A stretch of DNA of 44,616 bases from Burkholderiaceae bacterium. GTDB taxonomy: Bacteria; Pseudomonadota; Gammaproteobacteria; Burkholderiales; Burkholderiaceae_F. Made by a program: the position numbers and the translations under genes. The notes beneath the pieces were generated by a model. It had not been told where the DNA came from and did not search any database. It saw only the letters and a program-made list of their open reading frames with translations. Location: positions 1 to 44,616 of the forward strand of contig JACCYC010000060.1 in assembly GCA_013696665.1 (NCBI GenBank), in the 5' to 3' direction. Shown piece after piece: positions 9,519 through 20,109 of the stretch (position 1 is the stretch's first letter; the number at the start of each line of letters is the position of its first letter).

Positions 9519-10574
9519 TTATCTAAGCTCGGCGTTCAGGGCGTCCAGCGCGTTAGCGCCTGGACAAAGGTCGGCTTCGGTTAGCTGGTTGAGCGGCGTG
9601 CGAGTGGTAGCAAGGTTCTCGTGTAGATCGTCGGCCTCGGGATCGATATACAGCAGCCCGGTCACGATCTCGCCGCGCGCCTGGTGCATGTGAATGTGAT
9701 TCATTGCGGCGAGGCGGTCGCCGGCGTCGTAGCCGTCGGCCAGTTTGCGCAGGCGAAGCAGGCTACCGTCGTGCTGCGTGATCTCGATGACTTCGCCCGG
9801 CCCGTATTGGGCGCCGATCGCGTCACGGTGCGGCATAAAGTCCAGGCGATTTACGGCATCGTTGTGTTCGCGCACGTAGTCGTAGCTTTTAGTGCTGCCG
9901 GGATGGTTGTTGAACGCCACGCATGGGCTTAACACGTCAAGGAATGCGGAGCCCCGATGATTAAGCGCGCCTTTGATCAAAGGCACCAGCTGATCTTTGT
10001 CGCCGGAAAAACTGCGCGCGACGTAGCTGACGCCAAGCTGCAGCGCGAGTGCGACCATGTCGATGGGCGAATCGCGATTGATTGCTCCCCGTTTTGCCTT
10101 CGAGCCGCGGTCTGCGGTTGCCGAAAACTGACCTTTGGTGAGTCCGTACACGCCGTTGTTCTCGACGATGTAGGTCATGTTCACGCCGCGCCGGATCAGA
10201 TGTGCAAACTGGCCTAGCCCAATCGATGCCGAATCGCCATCGCCCGACACCCCAAGGTAGATCAGGTCCCGATTGGCCAGGTTGGCACCGGTCAGCACCG
10301 ACGGCATCCGCCCGTGCACTGAGTTAAAACCGTGCGATGCGCCGAGAAAATAATCCGGTGTCTTCGACGAGCACCCGATGCCGGATAGCTTGGCCACACG
10401 GTGCGGTTCGACCTCGAGTTCCCAGCACGCCTGAACGATTGCCGCAGAAATCGCGTCGTGGCCGCAGCCGGCGCAAAGCGTCGAGATCTTGCCCTCGTAG
10501 TCGCGGCGCGTGTATCCGAGCCGATTGGCCGGCAGAGTGGGATGACGCAGTTTCGGCTTTGCGAGATAAGTCAT
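9519..10574 (-). CDS. korB: 2-oxoacid:ferredoxin oxidoreductase beta (TPP-binding) subunit, KorB type
   Basis: 351 aa. Contains CAGCGHD and the GDGD TPP/Mg motif (GVSGDGDSASIG). It lies 9 nt downstream of korA. Confidence 0.9.
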   Translation of the reverse strand: MTYLAKPKLRHPTLPANRLGYTRRDYEGKISTLCAGCGHDAISAAIVQACWELEVEPHRVAKLSGIGCSSKTPDYFLGASHGFNSVHGRMPSVLTGANLANRDLIYLGVSGDGDSASIGLGQFAHLIRRGVNMTYIVENNGVYGLTKGQFSATADRGSKAKRGAINRDSPIDMVALALQLGVSYVARSFSGDKDQLVPLIKGALNHRGSAFLDVLSPCVAFNNHPGSTKSYDYVREHNDAVNRLDFMPHRDAIGAQYGPGEVIEITQHDGSLLRLRKLADGYDAGDRLAAMNHIHMHQARGEIVTGLLYIDPEADDLHENLATTRTPLNQLTEADLCPGANALDALNAELR

Positions 10575-10583
10575 CGATAGTTC

Positions 10584-12464
10584 CTAGGCTGCCTTTCCCG
10601 ACCTCAACGGCAACACGTTGGTCCCTAGCAAGCGTGGAGCGATTGCGTTGACAACGAAGCGCGCGGTGATTGGCGTTCCGTCGTAATGCAGCACCGCCAC
10701 GAGACGTGCCGGATCGATCTGCAACTCGTTGACGAGCATCGAACGCAGTTGCCCATCGCGATTCTGCTCGACGACGAAAACGAATTCATGAGCGAGGATG
10801 AACTCCTTTATCGACGATGCAAACGGAAACGCGCGCACACGCAATCGATTGAGATGGACACCTTGTTGTTCCAGCACACCGAGCGCCTCAGTCATCGAAG
10901 GGCTGGTTGAGCCGTAATAAATAACGCCGTGCGACGCTTTCTTCACAGCGTTGGCGATCACCGGCTGCGGCACAAGCGTTGCAGCGGTCGCGAATTTCTT
11001 TAGCAGCCGCTCCATGTTGTAGACGTAGTCCGGTCCGGCCTCGGAGTAGCGCGCGTAAGCGTCCTTGGTGGTGCCGCGGGTGAAATACGCACCACGGGTC
11101 GCGTGCGTACCGGGCAACGTGCGCCATGGAATTCCGTCGCCATCGGCATCGAGATAGCGTCCAAAGTCGCGGCCCGATTCGAGATCTGCCTCCGTCATGA
11201 CCTTGCCGCGGTCGTGCGTGCGCTTGTCATCCCACGCCAACGGCGCACACAAGCGGTGATTCATGCCGATATCAAGATCGGTCATCAGAAAAACCGGCGT
11301 CTGCAGTCGCTCTGCAAGATCGAACGCGGTCGCGGCGAACTCAAAACACTCGTAGGGGTCTTCTGGAAACAACAGCACGTGCTTGGTGTCGCCGTGCGAG
11401 GCATACGCACACGCAGTGACGTCCGATTGCTGGGTGCGCGTAGGCATGCCTGTCGACGGGCCGCCCCGTTGCACATCGATGATCACGGCCGGGATTTCGG
11501 CAAAGTATGCGAGTCCGATAAATTCGCTCATCAGCGAAATGCCGGGCCCGGACGTGGCCGTGAACGACCGCGCACCGTTCCACGCCGCGCCGATAACGAT
11601 GCCGATGGACGCCAGCTCATCCTCCGCCTGCACGATCGCAAACTTGTTCGTGCCGGTGGCTTTGTCGACTCGATATCTGGTGCAATATTTCTGAAACGCT
11701 TCGGCCAACGACGACGACGGTGTGATCGGATACCACGCACACACGGTCGCGCCGCCATAGACGCACCCGAGGGCAGCCGCCGCGTTGCCTTCGATGAAGA
11801 TGCGATCACCGACCGCGTCGCGCCGCTCGACACGCAGGTCGATCGCCTCCTCGAGGCGTTCGCGCGCGTGATGCAGCCCCGTCATGAACGCGTCGAGGTT
11901 GGGCTTGATCAGCCGGTCCTTCCCTTTGTACTGCTCGCCGAGCAATTGGGCAATCACCTCCGGCTCGATGCCGAGCAGACCCGTCAGCACGCCGACATAC
12001 ATGATGTTCTTCAGCAGTTGCCGCTCTTTCGCGTCAACATACTTACTCGCCGCGATGTCGGTTAGCGGTACGCCGATCAGATTGATGTCGGAGCGAAGGC
12101 CGGCCGCGTGAATGGGCTTGGTGCTGTCGTACATCAGGTACCCGCCGGGCTCGATCTCCGCCACGTCTCTTTCCCACGTCTGCGGGTTCATCGCGACCAT
12201 CAGGTCCACACCCCCGCGCCGTCCCAGATGGCCGTGCTCGGTGACACGCACCTCGTACCACGTCGGCAGGCCCTGAATGTTCGACGGAAAAATATTGCGG
12301 GGTGAAACTGGAACACCCATTCGCAGAATGCTGCGCGCAAACAGTTCGTTGGCTGACGCTGATCCCGAGCCGTTGACGTTGGCAAACTTGACCACAAAAT
12401 CGTTTGTTGACTCGATGCGCTGAGCGCGCGTGGAGGCAGTGGTGCGTGGATCCCGCGCGTTCAT
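10584..12464 (-). CDS. korA: 2-oxoacid:ferredoxin oxidoreductase alpha subunit, KorA type
   Basis: The track ORF runs to 12491. I use the ATG at 12464, which forms an ATGA overlap with the upstream flavoprotein stop (12461-12463). The N-terminus reads FVVKFANVNGSGSASANELFARS. Confidence 0.9.
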   Translation of the reverse strand: MNARDPRTTASTRAQRIESTNDFVVKFANVNGSGSASANELFARSILRMGVPVSPRNIFPSNIQGLPTWYEVRVTEHGHLGRRGGVDLMVAMNPQTWERDVAEIEPGGYLMYDSTKPIHAAGLRSDINLIGVPLTDIAASKYVDAKERQLLKNIMYVGVLTGLLGIEPEVIAQLLGEQYKGKDRLIKPNLDAFMTGLHHARERLEEAIDLRVERRDAVGDRIFIEGNAAAALGCVYGGATVCAWYPITPSSSLAEAFQKYCTRYRVDKATGTNKFAIVQAEDELASIGIVIGAAWNGARSFTATSGPGISLMSEFIGLAYFAEIPAVIIDVQRGGPSTGMPTRTQQSDVTACAYASHGDTKHVLLFPEDPYECFEFAATAFDLAERLQTPVFLMTDLDIGMNHRLCAPLAWDDKRTHDRGKVMTEADLESGRDFGRYLDADGDGIPWRTLPGTHATRGAYFTRGTTKDAYARYSEAGPDYVYNMERLLKKFATAATLVPQPVIANAVKKASHGVIYYGSTSPSMTEALGVLEQQGVHLNRLRVRAFPFASSIKEFILAHEFVFVVEQNRDGQLRSMLVNELQIDPARLVAVLHYDGTPITARFVVNAIAPRLLGTNVLPLRSGKAA

Positions 12465-14284
12465 GCCGCTTCCTTCTGGCGGGTGCGGCAATCACGCCCG
12501 GCCTGCGTCATGTCGAGCAGAAACTTCTGCATGTCCCATGCGCCGGTAGGGCAACGCTCGGCACACAGCCCGCAATGCAGACACACGTCTTCATCTTTAA
12601 CCATCGCACGGCCGGTCTTCAAACCCTCGGCCACGTAAAGATCCTGCTCGAGATTCAGCGCCGGCGCACGCAGCCGGGCGCGCAGGTCGGCTTCGTCGCC
12701 GTTGACGATGAAGTTGATGCAGTCGGTGGGGCAGATATCGACGCACGCATCGCATTCGATGCAAAGCTGAGCCGTGAACACCGTCTGCACATCGCAGTTC
12801 AGGCAGCGTTGCGCTTCCTTCCACGCGGTCGCGGGATCGAACCCGAGTTCGACTTCAACCTTGATGCTGCGCAGGACCTGGTTGACGTCGCGCCACGGAA
12901 CCTTGTAACGCTCGTCATTGGCAACCTGATTGTCGTAGCTCCATTCGTGGATGCCCATTTTCTGCGACAACAACGTGACACCCGGCGCCGGGCGCTCGCG
13001 AATGTCTTCGCCGTGCAGCAACTTGTCGATCGAGATTGCGGCGTCGTGGCCATGCGCCACTGCCCAGATGATGTTTTTGGGTCCGAGCGCGGAATCACCG
13101 CCAAAAAATATATTGGGGACCGATGACTGCAATGTCAGCTTATCGAGCACCGGCATGCCCCATTCGTCAAACGCGATTCCCGAGTCGCCTTCAATCCATG
13201 GAAAGGCGTTCTCCTGGCCGACCGCAATAAGGACTTCGTCGCACTCGTGCACGACCTCAGGTTCGCCGGTGGGGACCAGCGAACGGCGGCCTTTGTCGTC
13301 GTACGTCGCTTTGACCCTGTCGAAGCTCATTGCGGTCAATTGACCGCCATCGTGCAGAAACGCCTTCGGAACCAGGTAATTGAGAATTGGAATGCCTTCA
13401 TGCAGCGCATCCTCTTTTTCCCACGGGGATGCTTTCATCTCTTCGAAGCCCGAGCGCACGATCACCTTGACGTCGTCGCCGCCGAGTCGCTTTGACGTCC
13501 GGCAACAGTCCATCGCCGTGTTGCCGCCCCCGAGCACAATCACGCGCTTGCCAATCTTCTCGACGTGACCAAACGAAACCGACGACAGCCAATCGATGCC
13601 GACATGAATCTTTGCGGCCGCTTCTTTGCGTCCTGGAAGGTCGAGGTCGCGACCGCGCGGTGCACCGGAGCCGACAAAGATTGCGTCGTAGCTTTGTGAC
13701 CGCAGTGACTTCATCGAATCGATCTTGACGCCGCCGCGAAACTCGACGCCCAGGCCCAGGATGTAGCCCGTTTCTTCGTCGATCACTTCCTCAGGCAGGC
13801 GAAAGCGAGGGATCTGCGTGCGGATCATGCCGCCCGCTTGTGGATCCTGATCGAATACCGTGACCGAATATCCGAGCGGCGCAAGATCGCGCGCCACCGT
13901 CAACGAGGCAGGCCCGCCGCCGACACATGCAATGCGTTTGCCGTTCAGCGGCACCAGCCGCTTTGGCAGCCGGGCCGCAATGTCGTCGTCCTTGTAGTCG
14001 GCCGCAACCCGCTTCAATCGACAAATCGCAACCGGCTCCGGCTTCTCAGCTTGCTGCTGCTCAACGCGCCCGCGGCGACACGCAGGCTCGCATGGCCGGT
14101 CACATGTGCGTCCCAGAATGCCCGGAAACACATTGGAACTCCAGTTGACCATATAGGCGTCTGTATAACGCCCGGCGGCAATCAACCTGATGTATTCGGG
14201 AACGGGGGTATGCGCGGGGCACGCCCACTGGCAATCAACAACATGGTGAAAATAGTCCGGATTTCCAATGTCCGTTGGTCTCAC
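12461..14284 (-). CDS. FAD/NAD(P)-dependent oxidoreductase (GltD/NfnB-like) fused to a 2x[4Fe-4S] ferredoxin domain
   Basis: Trimmed to the GTG at 14284, preceded by AGGAGA. N-terminal Cys cluster (CQWACPAH...CDRPCEPAC); two dinucleotide folds (IACVGGGPASL and VIVLGGGNTAMD); C-terminal CIECDACVDICP and CLHCGLCAERCP motifs. Confidence 0.85.
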   Translation of the reverse strand: MRPTDIGNPDYFHHVVDCQWACPAHTPVPEYIRLIAAGRYTDAYMVNWSSNVFPGILGRTCDRPCEPACRRGRVEQQQAEKPEPVAICRLKRVAADYKDDDIAARLPKRLVPLNGKRIACVGGGPASLTVARDLAPLGYSVTVFDQDPQAGGMIRTQIPRFRLPEEVIDEETGYILGLGVEFRGGVKIDSMKSLRSQSYDAIFVGSGAPRGRDLDLPGRKEAAAKIHVGIDWLSSVSFGHVEKIGKRVIVLGGGNTAMDCCRTSKRLGGDDVKVIVRSGFEEMKASPWEKEDALHEGIPILNYLVPKAFLHDGGQLTAMSFDRVKATYDDKGRRSLVPTGEPEVVHECDEVLIAVGQENAFPWIEGDSGIAFDEWGMPVLDKLTLQSSVPNIFFGGDSALGPKNIIWAVAHGHDAAISIDKLLHGEDIRERPAPGVTLLSQKMGIHEWSYDNQVANDERYKVPWRDVNQVLRSIKVEVELGFDPATAWKEAQRCLNCDVQTVFTAQLCIECDACVDICPTDCINFIVNGDEADLRARLRAPALNLEQDLYVAEGLKTGRAMVKDEDVCLHCGLCAERCPTGAWDMQKFLLDMTQAGRDCRTRQKEAA

Positions 14285-14546
14285 TTTGTCTCCTGAGCCA
14301 CGACCAGGCGCAGTGTATGCCTGCCTCGGCGCTTGGCAGAGGGCCGAACGAACCTGGTGCGGTTGGGCAACACTTTGTAATCGCAGCTCAACGCCGGTGG
14401 TAGCATCGCCGTTTACGTCGTCGATCTGGACGCACATGCAGTAAACGCGCGCGGCGAGCACCGGAAACCGGAACGCTGTTGCTGGTGTCTCTTGCTACAA
14501 GGGGGCCGGCGTATTGGACGAGAAACTCGTCCAGGAGGATGAGTCA

Positions 14547-17405
14547 ATGATGAAACAGTTGCAGGCCAACTCTTACTTGTTTGGCGGCAACGCGCCGTAT
14601 GTCGAGGAGCTCTATGAGCGCTATCTCGACAATCCGGGCTCCGTTCCGGAACAATGGCGCGCCTACTTCGATCAAATGCAACTGGTGCCCGCGGCAGACG
14701 GCTCGCCCGATTCGCGCGACGTTGCGCACGCACCTATCGTCGAATCCTTTGCACAACGCGCAAGGGCCAATGCATTTGCGCCAAAGATTGCTTCCGGTGA
14801 TCTATCGGTCGCGCGCAAGCAGGTGCATGTGCAGTCGATCATCGCGGCGTATCGGTTTCTCGGCAATCGCTGGGCCAACCTCGATCCGTTGCAGCGCCGC
14901 GAGCGACCCACAATCCCAGAGCTCGAGCCCGCGTTCTATGACCTGACCGAAGCCGACATGGACACCGTATTTTCGGCGTCCAACACGTACTTCGGTCCGG
15001 AGCAGATGACGCTGCGCGAGATCGTGCAGGCGCTGCGCGAAACGTATTGCGGCAGCATCGGCGCCGAGTACATGTTTGTGTCCGATCCTGCGCAAAAGCG
15101 GTGGGTCCAGCAAAAACTTGAATCGATTCGAGCCACACCGGCGTTCAGCGCAGAACACAAGAAGGAAATTCTTGGCCGGTTAACCGCGGCCGAAGGCCTC
15201 GAACGCTATCTGCACACCAAATACGTCGGCCAGAAGCGGTTTTCGCTTGAGGGCAGCGAGAGCTTCATCGCTTCGATGGATGAGCTGGTGCAACGCGCGG
15301 GCAGCAGCGGCGTGCAGGAGATCGTCATTGGCATGGCGCATCGCGGCCGGTTGAACGTTCTGGTCAACATCCTGGGCAAGATGCCGCAGGATCTTTTCGC
15401 AGAGTTCGAAGGTAAGGTCGCATCAGACTTGCCCGGCGGCGATGTCAAATATCACAACGGATTTTCGAGCGATATCTCCACGCCGGGCGGTCCGGTGCAC
15501 CTGTCGCTGGCATTTAACCCGTCGCACCTTGAAATCGTGAACCCGGTCGTCGAGGGATCTGTCCGCGCACGGCAGGAACGCCGTGGCGACCGAGAGGGCG
15601 ATACGGTGCTTCCAGTACTGGTGCACGGCGACGCGGCCTTCGCAGGACAGGGCGTCGTGATGGAAACGCTGAACCTTGCACAAACCCGCGGCTACGGCAC
15701 CGGGGGCACCGTGCATGTGGTGATCAACAATCAGATCGGCTTCACAACCTCCGACCCGCGCGATACGCGCTCGACGCTGTACTGCACCGACGTCGTCAAG
15801 ATGATTGAAGCGCCAGTGTTTCACGTCAACGGAGATGACCCCGAGGCGGTGGTGCTGGTGACGCAGTTGGCGATGGACTTCAGGCAGGAATTCAACTCGG
15901 ATGTCGTGATCGACATCGTGTGCTTCCGTCGACTTGGGCATAACGAACAGGACACGCCGGCCGTTACGCAGCCGTTGATGTACACAAAGATCTCGCAGCA
16001 TCCGGGTGTTCGCAAGGTCTATGCAGACAAACTGATCACGCAAGGCACCCTCAACGCCGACCAGCCCGATGAGATGTTGAAGGAGTTTCGGGCGGCAATG
16101 GACGAAGGCCGCGGAACGTCTGACCCGGTCCTGACCAATTACAAGAGCAAGTTCGCGGTCGACTGGTCAACGTTTTTGAACCGCAAGTGGACTGACAACG
16201 CCGACACCGCGGTGCCACTGGCCGAGTTGAAACGGCTGGCCGACCGGATCACAACCATCCCGTCCAATTTCAAATTGCACCCGCTGGTTGAAAAGGTGGT
16301 GGCCGATCGCCGCATGATGGGTGAAGGCAAGGTGCCGCTCGATTGGGGCATGGCCGAGCACCTCGCGTACGCAACATTGCTATCAAGCGGGTACGCGGTG
16401 CGAATCACCGGACAAGACACAGCGCGCGGCACCTTCTCGCACCGACACGCGGTCCTGCACGACCAGAACCGCGAAAAGTTCGATGAGGGCAGCTACACAC
16501 CGCTTGAAAACGTGTCGGAGGGGCAGGCTCCGTTCACGGTGATCGATTCGGTGTTGTCGGAGGAAGCATGCCTTGCGTTCGAATATGGTTATTCAAGCGC
16601 AGAGCCGAATGCGCTCGTAATCTGGGAGGCGCAGTTTGGCGACTTCGTCAACGGTGCGCAGGTTGTCGTTGATCAATTCATTTCGTCGGGTGAGGTCAAG
16701 TGGGGACGGCAGTCGGGCCTGACGCTGATGCTGCCGCATGGCTACGAGGGTCAGGGCCCCGAACACTCGTCGGCCCGTCTCGAGCGTTTTCTGCAGCTTG
16801 CCGCTGATAACAACATGCAGGTGGTCCAGCCAACCTCGGCCGCGCAGATTTTTCATCTACTGCGCCGCCAGATGATCCGGCTGTTTCGCAAGCCGCTTGT
16901 AATCATGACGCCGAAATCGTTGCTGCGCGCAAAGGACGCGACGTCGGATCTTGCCGAACTTTCAAAAGGCGAGTTCCGGACGGTGATCGGCGAAACCGAT
17001 GCCTCCATCGACGTCAAGAAAGTCAAGCGCATCATCGGGTGCTCGGGCAAGGTCTATTACGACCTGGTCAACGCGCGGCGCGAGCGCGAAGAGAAAGATG
17101 TTGCGATATTTCGCATTGAGCAGCTGTACCCGTTTCCGCACAAGGCGATGATCGCGGAACTCAAACGTTATCCGGCGCTGACAGAAGTCGTGTGGTGTCA
17201 GGACGAGCCCGCTAACCAGGGGCCGTGGTTCTACGTGCAGCATCACGTGCTGGAAAACATGACTGACGGTCAAAAACTTGCCTACGCAGGACGGAGCGCC
17301 TCGGCATCGCCTGCGGTGGGTTACTACGCCAAGCACAGTGAACAGCAGAAGGCGCTGATTGAGCAGGCATTCGGCAAGCTCAAGGGCCTGGTGTTGAACA
17401 AGTAG
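14547..17405 (+). CDS. sucA: 2-oxoglutarate dehydrogenase E1 component
   Basis: ATG at 14547, 8 nt after AGGAGG. The sequence [27 protein letters not shown] is the canonical E1o N-terminus. Length 952 aa. Confidence 0.95.
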   Translation: MMKQLQANSYLFGGNAPYVEELYERYLDNPGSVPEQWRAYFDQMQLVPAADGSPDSRDVAHAPIVESFAQRARANAFAPKIASGDLSVARKQVHVQSIIAAYRFLGNRWANLDPLQRRERPTIPELEPAFYDLTEADMDTVFSASNTYFGPEQMTLREIVQALRETYCGSIGAEYMFVSDPAQKRWVQQKLESIRATPAFSAEHKKEILGRLTAAEGLERYLHTKYVGQKRFSLEGSESFIASMDELVQRAGSSGVQEIVIGMAHRGRLNVLVNILGKMPQDLFAEFEGKVASDLPGGDVKYHNGFSSDISTPGGPVHLSLAFNPSHLEIVNPVVEGSVRARQERRGDREGDTVLPVLVHGDAAFAGQGVVMETLNLAQTRGYGTGGTVHVVINNQIGFTTSDPRDTRSTLYCTDVVKMIEAPVFHVNGDDPEAVVLVTQLAMDFRQEFNSDVVIDIVCFRRLGHNEQDTPAVTQPLMYTKISQHPGVRKVYADKLITQGTLNADQPDEMLKEFRAAMDEGRGTSDPVLTNYKSKFAVDWSTFLNRKWTDNADTAVPLAELKRLADRITTIPSNFKLHPLVEKVVADRRMMGEGKVPLDWGMAEHLAYATLLSSGYAVRITGQDTARGTFSHRHAVLHDQNREKFDEGSYTPLENVSEGQAPFTVIDSVLSEEACLAFEYGYSSAEPNALVIWEAQFGDFVNGAQVVVDQFISSGEVKWGRQSGLTLMLPHGYEGQGPEHSSARLERFLQLAADNNMQVVQPTSAAQIFHLLRRQMIRLFRKPLVIMTPKSLLRAKDATSDLAELSKGEFRTVIGETDASIDVKKVKRIIGCSGKVYYDLVNARREREEKDVAIFRIEQLYPFPHKAMIAELKRYPALTEVVWCQDEPANQGPWFYVQHHVLENMTDGQKLAYAGRSASASPAVGYYAKHSEQQKALIEQAFGKLKGLVLNK

Positions 17406-17415
17406 CGGAGCAGCA

Positions 17416-18663
17416 ATGTCAATTATTGAAGTCAAGGTACCGCAGTTATCCGAGTCCGTCGCCGAAGCGACGCTGCTGCAATGGAAAAAGAAGCCGGGCG
17501 AATCCGTCGCCATCGACGAGACGCTGATTGAAATCGAGACCGACAAGGTTGTTCTCGAAGTTCCGGCGCCGGCTGCAGGCGTATTGGCAGAGATTGTTCG
17601 GGCTGATGGCAGCACCGTGCTGGCGGGTGAACTGATCGCGCGGCTTGAGACAGATGGAAAGGCAGCGCCGCCGGTGAAACCAGCGCAGCCGGCTGCAGCG
17701 CCCGTTGCACCCGCGGCGCCGTCTTCTGGCGCGAAGGGCGGGATTGCAATGCCGGCGGCTGCGAAAATGATGGCCGACTCCGGAATCACCGCGTCGCAGG
17801 TGACCGGCACTGGCAAAGACGGTCGGATCACGAAAGGTGATGTGATTGGCGTCGCTGATGCCAAGGCAACGCCCGCGGTCTCGACGCCTGCACCTGCGCC
17901 CGCCGCCGTTCGACCTGCGCTACCGGCGGTCAAGGCGCCAATTGAAATCGGCGAACTCGCCAACCGTCCGGAGCAACGCGTGCCGATGTCGCGGCTGCGG
18001 CAACGTGTAGCGGAGCGGTTGGTGCAGTCGCAATCGACCGCCGCCATTTTGACGACATTCAACGAAGTCAATATGCAGCCGCTAATGGAACTGCGCGCGC
18101 GTTACAAAGAGAAATTCGAAAAAGAACACGGCGTCAAACTCGGCTTCATGTCGTTTTTCGTCAAAGCCGCGATTGCCGCGTTGAAGCGATACCCAGTGGT
18201 CAACGCGTCGATCGACGGCACCGACATCGTCTATCACGGCTACTTCGATCTCGGAATAGCAGTGGGCTCGCCGCGCGGACTTGTGGTGCCAATCCTGCGT
18301 GATGCGGATCAGATGACGTTTGGCGACATCGAGAAAAAAATTGCTGACTTCGGCAAACGCGCCGGCGAGGGCAAGCTGGCGCTGGAAGAACTCACCGGCG
18401 GCACTTTTTCGATTTCCAACGGCGGCGTGTTTGGCTCGATGCTGTCGACGCCGATCATCAATCCGCCGCAGTCTGCGATCCTGGGAATTCACGCAACCAA
18501 AGAGCGCCCGGTCGTAGAAGACGGCCAGATCGTGATCCGCCCGATGAATTATCTGGCGCTTTCCTACGATCACCGGATCATTGACGGCCGCGAAGCGGTA
18601 CTTGCCCTGGTGGCGATGAAGGAAGCGCTCGAGGACCCGGCGCGACTGCTACTCGAAGTCTGA
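17416..18663 (+). CDS. sucB: dihydrolipoyllysine-residue succinyltransferase (E2o)
   Basis: One lipoyl domain ([13 protein letters not shown]), Ala/Pro linkers, a subunit-binding domain ([14 protein letters not shown]) and the catalytic DHRIIDG motif. Confidence 0.95.
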   Translation: MSIIEVKVPQLSESVAEATLLQWKKKPGESVAIDETLIEIETDKVVLEVPAPAAGVLAEIVRADGSTVLAGELIARLETDGKAAPPVKPAQPAAAPVAPAAPSSGAKGGIAMPAAAKMMADSGITASQVTGTGKDGRITKGDVIGVADAKATPAVSTPAPAPAAVRPALPAVKAPIEIGELANRPEQRVPMSRLRQRVAERLVQSQSTAAILTTFNEVNMQPLMELRARYKEKFEKEHGVKLGFMSFFVKAAIAALKRYPVVNASIDGTDIVYHGYFDLGIAVGSPRGLVVPILRDADQMTFGDIEKKIADFGKRAGEGKLALEELTGGTFSISNGGVFGSMLSTPIINPPQSAILGIHATKERPVVEDGQIVIRPMNYLALSYDHRIIDGREAVLALVAMKEALEDPARLLLEV

Positions 18664-20090
18664 TGGCGAAACAATTCGACGTTGTCGTCATTGGCGGCGG
18701 ACCGGGCGGTTACATTGCAGCGATCCGTGCGGCGCAGCTCGGATTTACAGTGGCATGCATCGACGATTGGAAAAACAAATCAGGTGGGCCGGCGCCCGGC
18801 GGAACATGCACCAACGTAGGTTGCATTCCGTCAAAGGCGTTGCTGCAATCTTCCGAGAATTTTGATCACGCAGGTCATGCATTCGCCGACCATGGGGTCA
18901 CCATCAAGGGTCTGAGCCTCGATCTCGCAAAGATGCTCAGCCGCAAGGATGCGGTTGTCAAGCAGAACAACGACGGCATTTTGTATTTGTTCAAGAAGAA
19001 CAAGGTCGCGTTCTTCCACGGGCGTGGATCATTCGTTTCCAAAACGAACTCGGGCTATGAGATTGCAGTGTCCGGACCTGCTGATGAGACCATCACCGGG
19101 CAGCACGTCATTGTCGCCACCGGATCGGCCGCACGCCAGTTGCCGGGTGCGGATTTCGACGAGCAATTTATTCTGAGCAACGACGGTGCACTATCGCTGC
19201 AAGCTGTTCCGAAGCGTCTGGGAGTCATCGGTGCCGGCGTTATCGGGCTTGAGATGGGTTCCGTGTGGCGTCGACTCGGCTCAGACGTGACCATCCTTGA
19301 AGCATTGCCTACGTTTCTGGGCGCGGTCGATGAGCAGATTGCCAAGGAAGCGGCGAAAGCATTTGCCGCACAAGGGCTCAAAATTCAGCTCGGCGTAAAC
19401 ATCGTTGGGGTCAAGACGGAGAAAAAGGGCGTTACGCTGAACTACGCGGACGCAGCGGGACAGACGCAATCACTCGCGGTCGATACATTGATTGTGTCCA
19501 TAGGCAGAGTGCCCAACACGAACGGGCTCAACGCTGAAGCCGTGGGTTTGAAGCTCGACGAGCGCGGGTTCGTTGCGGTCGATGATGAATGTCGCACAGC
19601 GGCTGCAAACGTCTGGGCCATTGGCGATGTGGTACGCGGACCCATGCTGGCGCATAAGGCTGAAGAAGAGGGCGTTGCGGTGGCCGAGCGAATCGCTGGC
19701 CAGCATGGACACGTTAACTTCAACACGATTCCGTGGGTCATTTACACATCGCCGGAAATCGCATGGGTTGGCCAGAACGAACAGCAGCTGAAAGCCGAAG
19801 GCCGCGCCTACCGCTCCGGGAGTTTTCCATTCATGGCGAACGGCCGTGCACGCGCCCTCGGTGACACCACTGGAATGGTCAAATTTATTGCCGATGCAAA
19901 AACTGACGAAATTCTCGGCGTTCACATCATCGGCCCCTCCGCGTCGGAACTGATTGCCGAGGCGGTGGTGGCAATGGAGTTTCGCGCCTCGAGCGAGGAC
20001 ATTGCCCGCATATGCCACGCGCACCCATCGCTGTCGGAAGCGGTCAAGGAAGCCGCACTCGCGGTCGATAAGCGCGCGTTGAACTTTTAA
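18663..20090 (+). CDS. lpdA: dihydrolipoyl dehydrogenase (E3)
   Basis: The ATG at 18663 overlaps the sucB TGA. Motifs: VVVIGGGPGGY, the redox disulfide GGTCTNVGCIPSK and a C-terminal HAHPSLSE. Confidence 0.95.
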   Translation: MAKQFDVVVIGGGPGGYIAAIRAAQLGFTVACIDDWKNKSGGPAPGGTCTNVGCIPSKALLQSSENFDHAGHAFADHGVTIKGLSLDLAKMLSRKDAVVKQNNDGILYLFKKNKVAFFHGRGSFVSKTNSGYEIAVSGPADETITGQHVIVATGSAARQLPGADFDEQFILSNDGALSLQAVPKRLGVIGAGVIGLEMGSVWRRLGSDVTILEALPTFLGAVDEQIAKEAAKAFAAQGLKIQLGVNIVGVKTEKKGVTLNYADAAGQTQSLAVDTLIVSIGRVPNTNGLNAEAVGLKLDERGFVAVDDECRTAAANVWAIGDVVRGPMLAHKAEEEGVAVAERIAGQHGHVNFNTIPWVIYTSPEIAWVGQNEQQLKAEGRAYRSGSFPFMANGRARALGDTTGMVKFIADAKTDEILGVHIIGPSASELIAEAVVAMEFRASSEDIARICHAHPSLSEAVKEAALAVDKRALNF

Positions 20091-20109
20091 TTCGTGCTCC
20101 GACCGCGTT

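Noticed and set aside
16962-18071. 369-aa minus-strand ORF spanning the sucA/sucB junction. Similar long antisense or alternate-frame ORFs occur at 11103-12065, 28410-29405, 29227-29958, 36020-36994, 42306-43514 and 43640-44614.
   Set aside because: Each lies opposite to, or out of frame with, a gene that has unmistakable family motifs. Their translations are low-complexity and rich in Arg, Ala, Gly and Ser, as expected for shadow ORFs in stop-poor 60% GC DNA. None has a convincing RBS.
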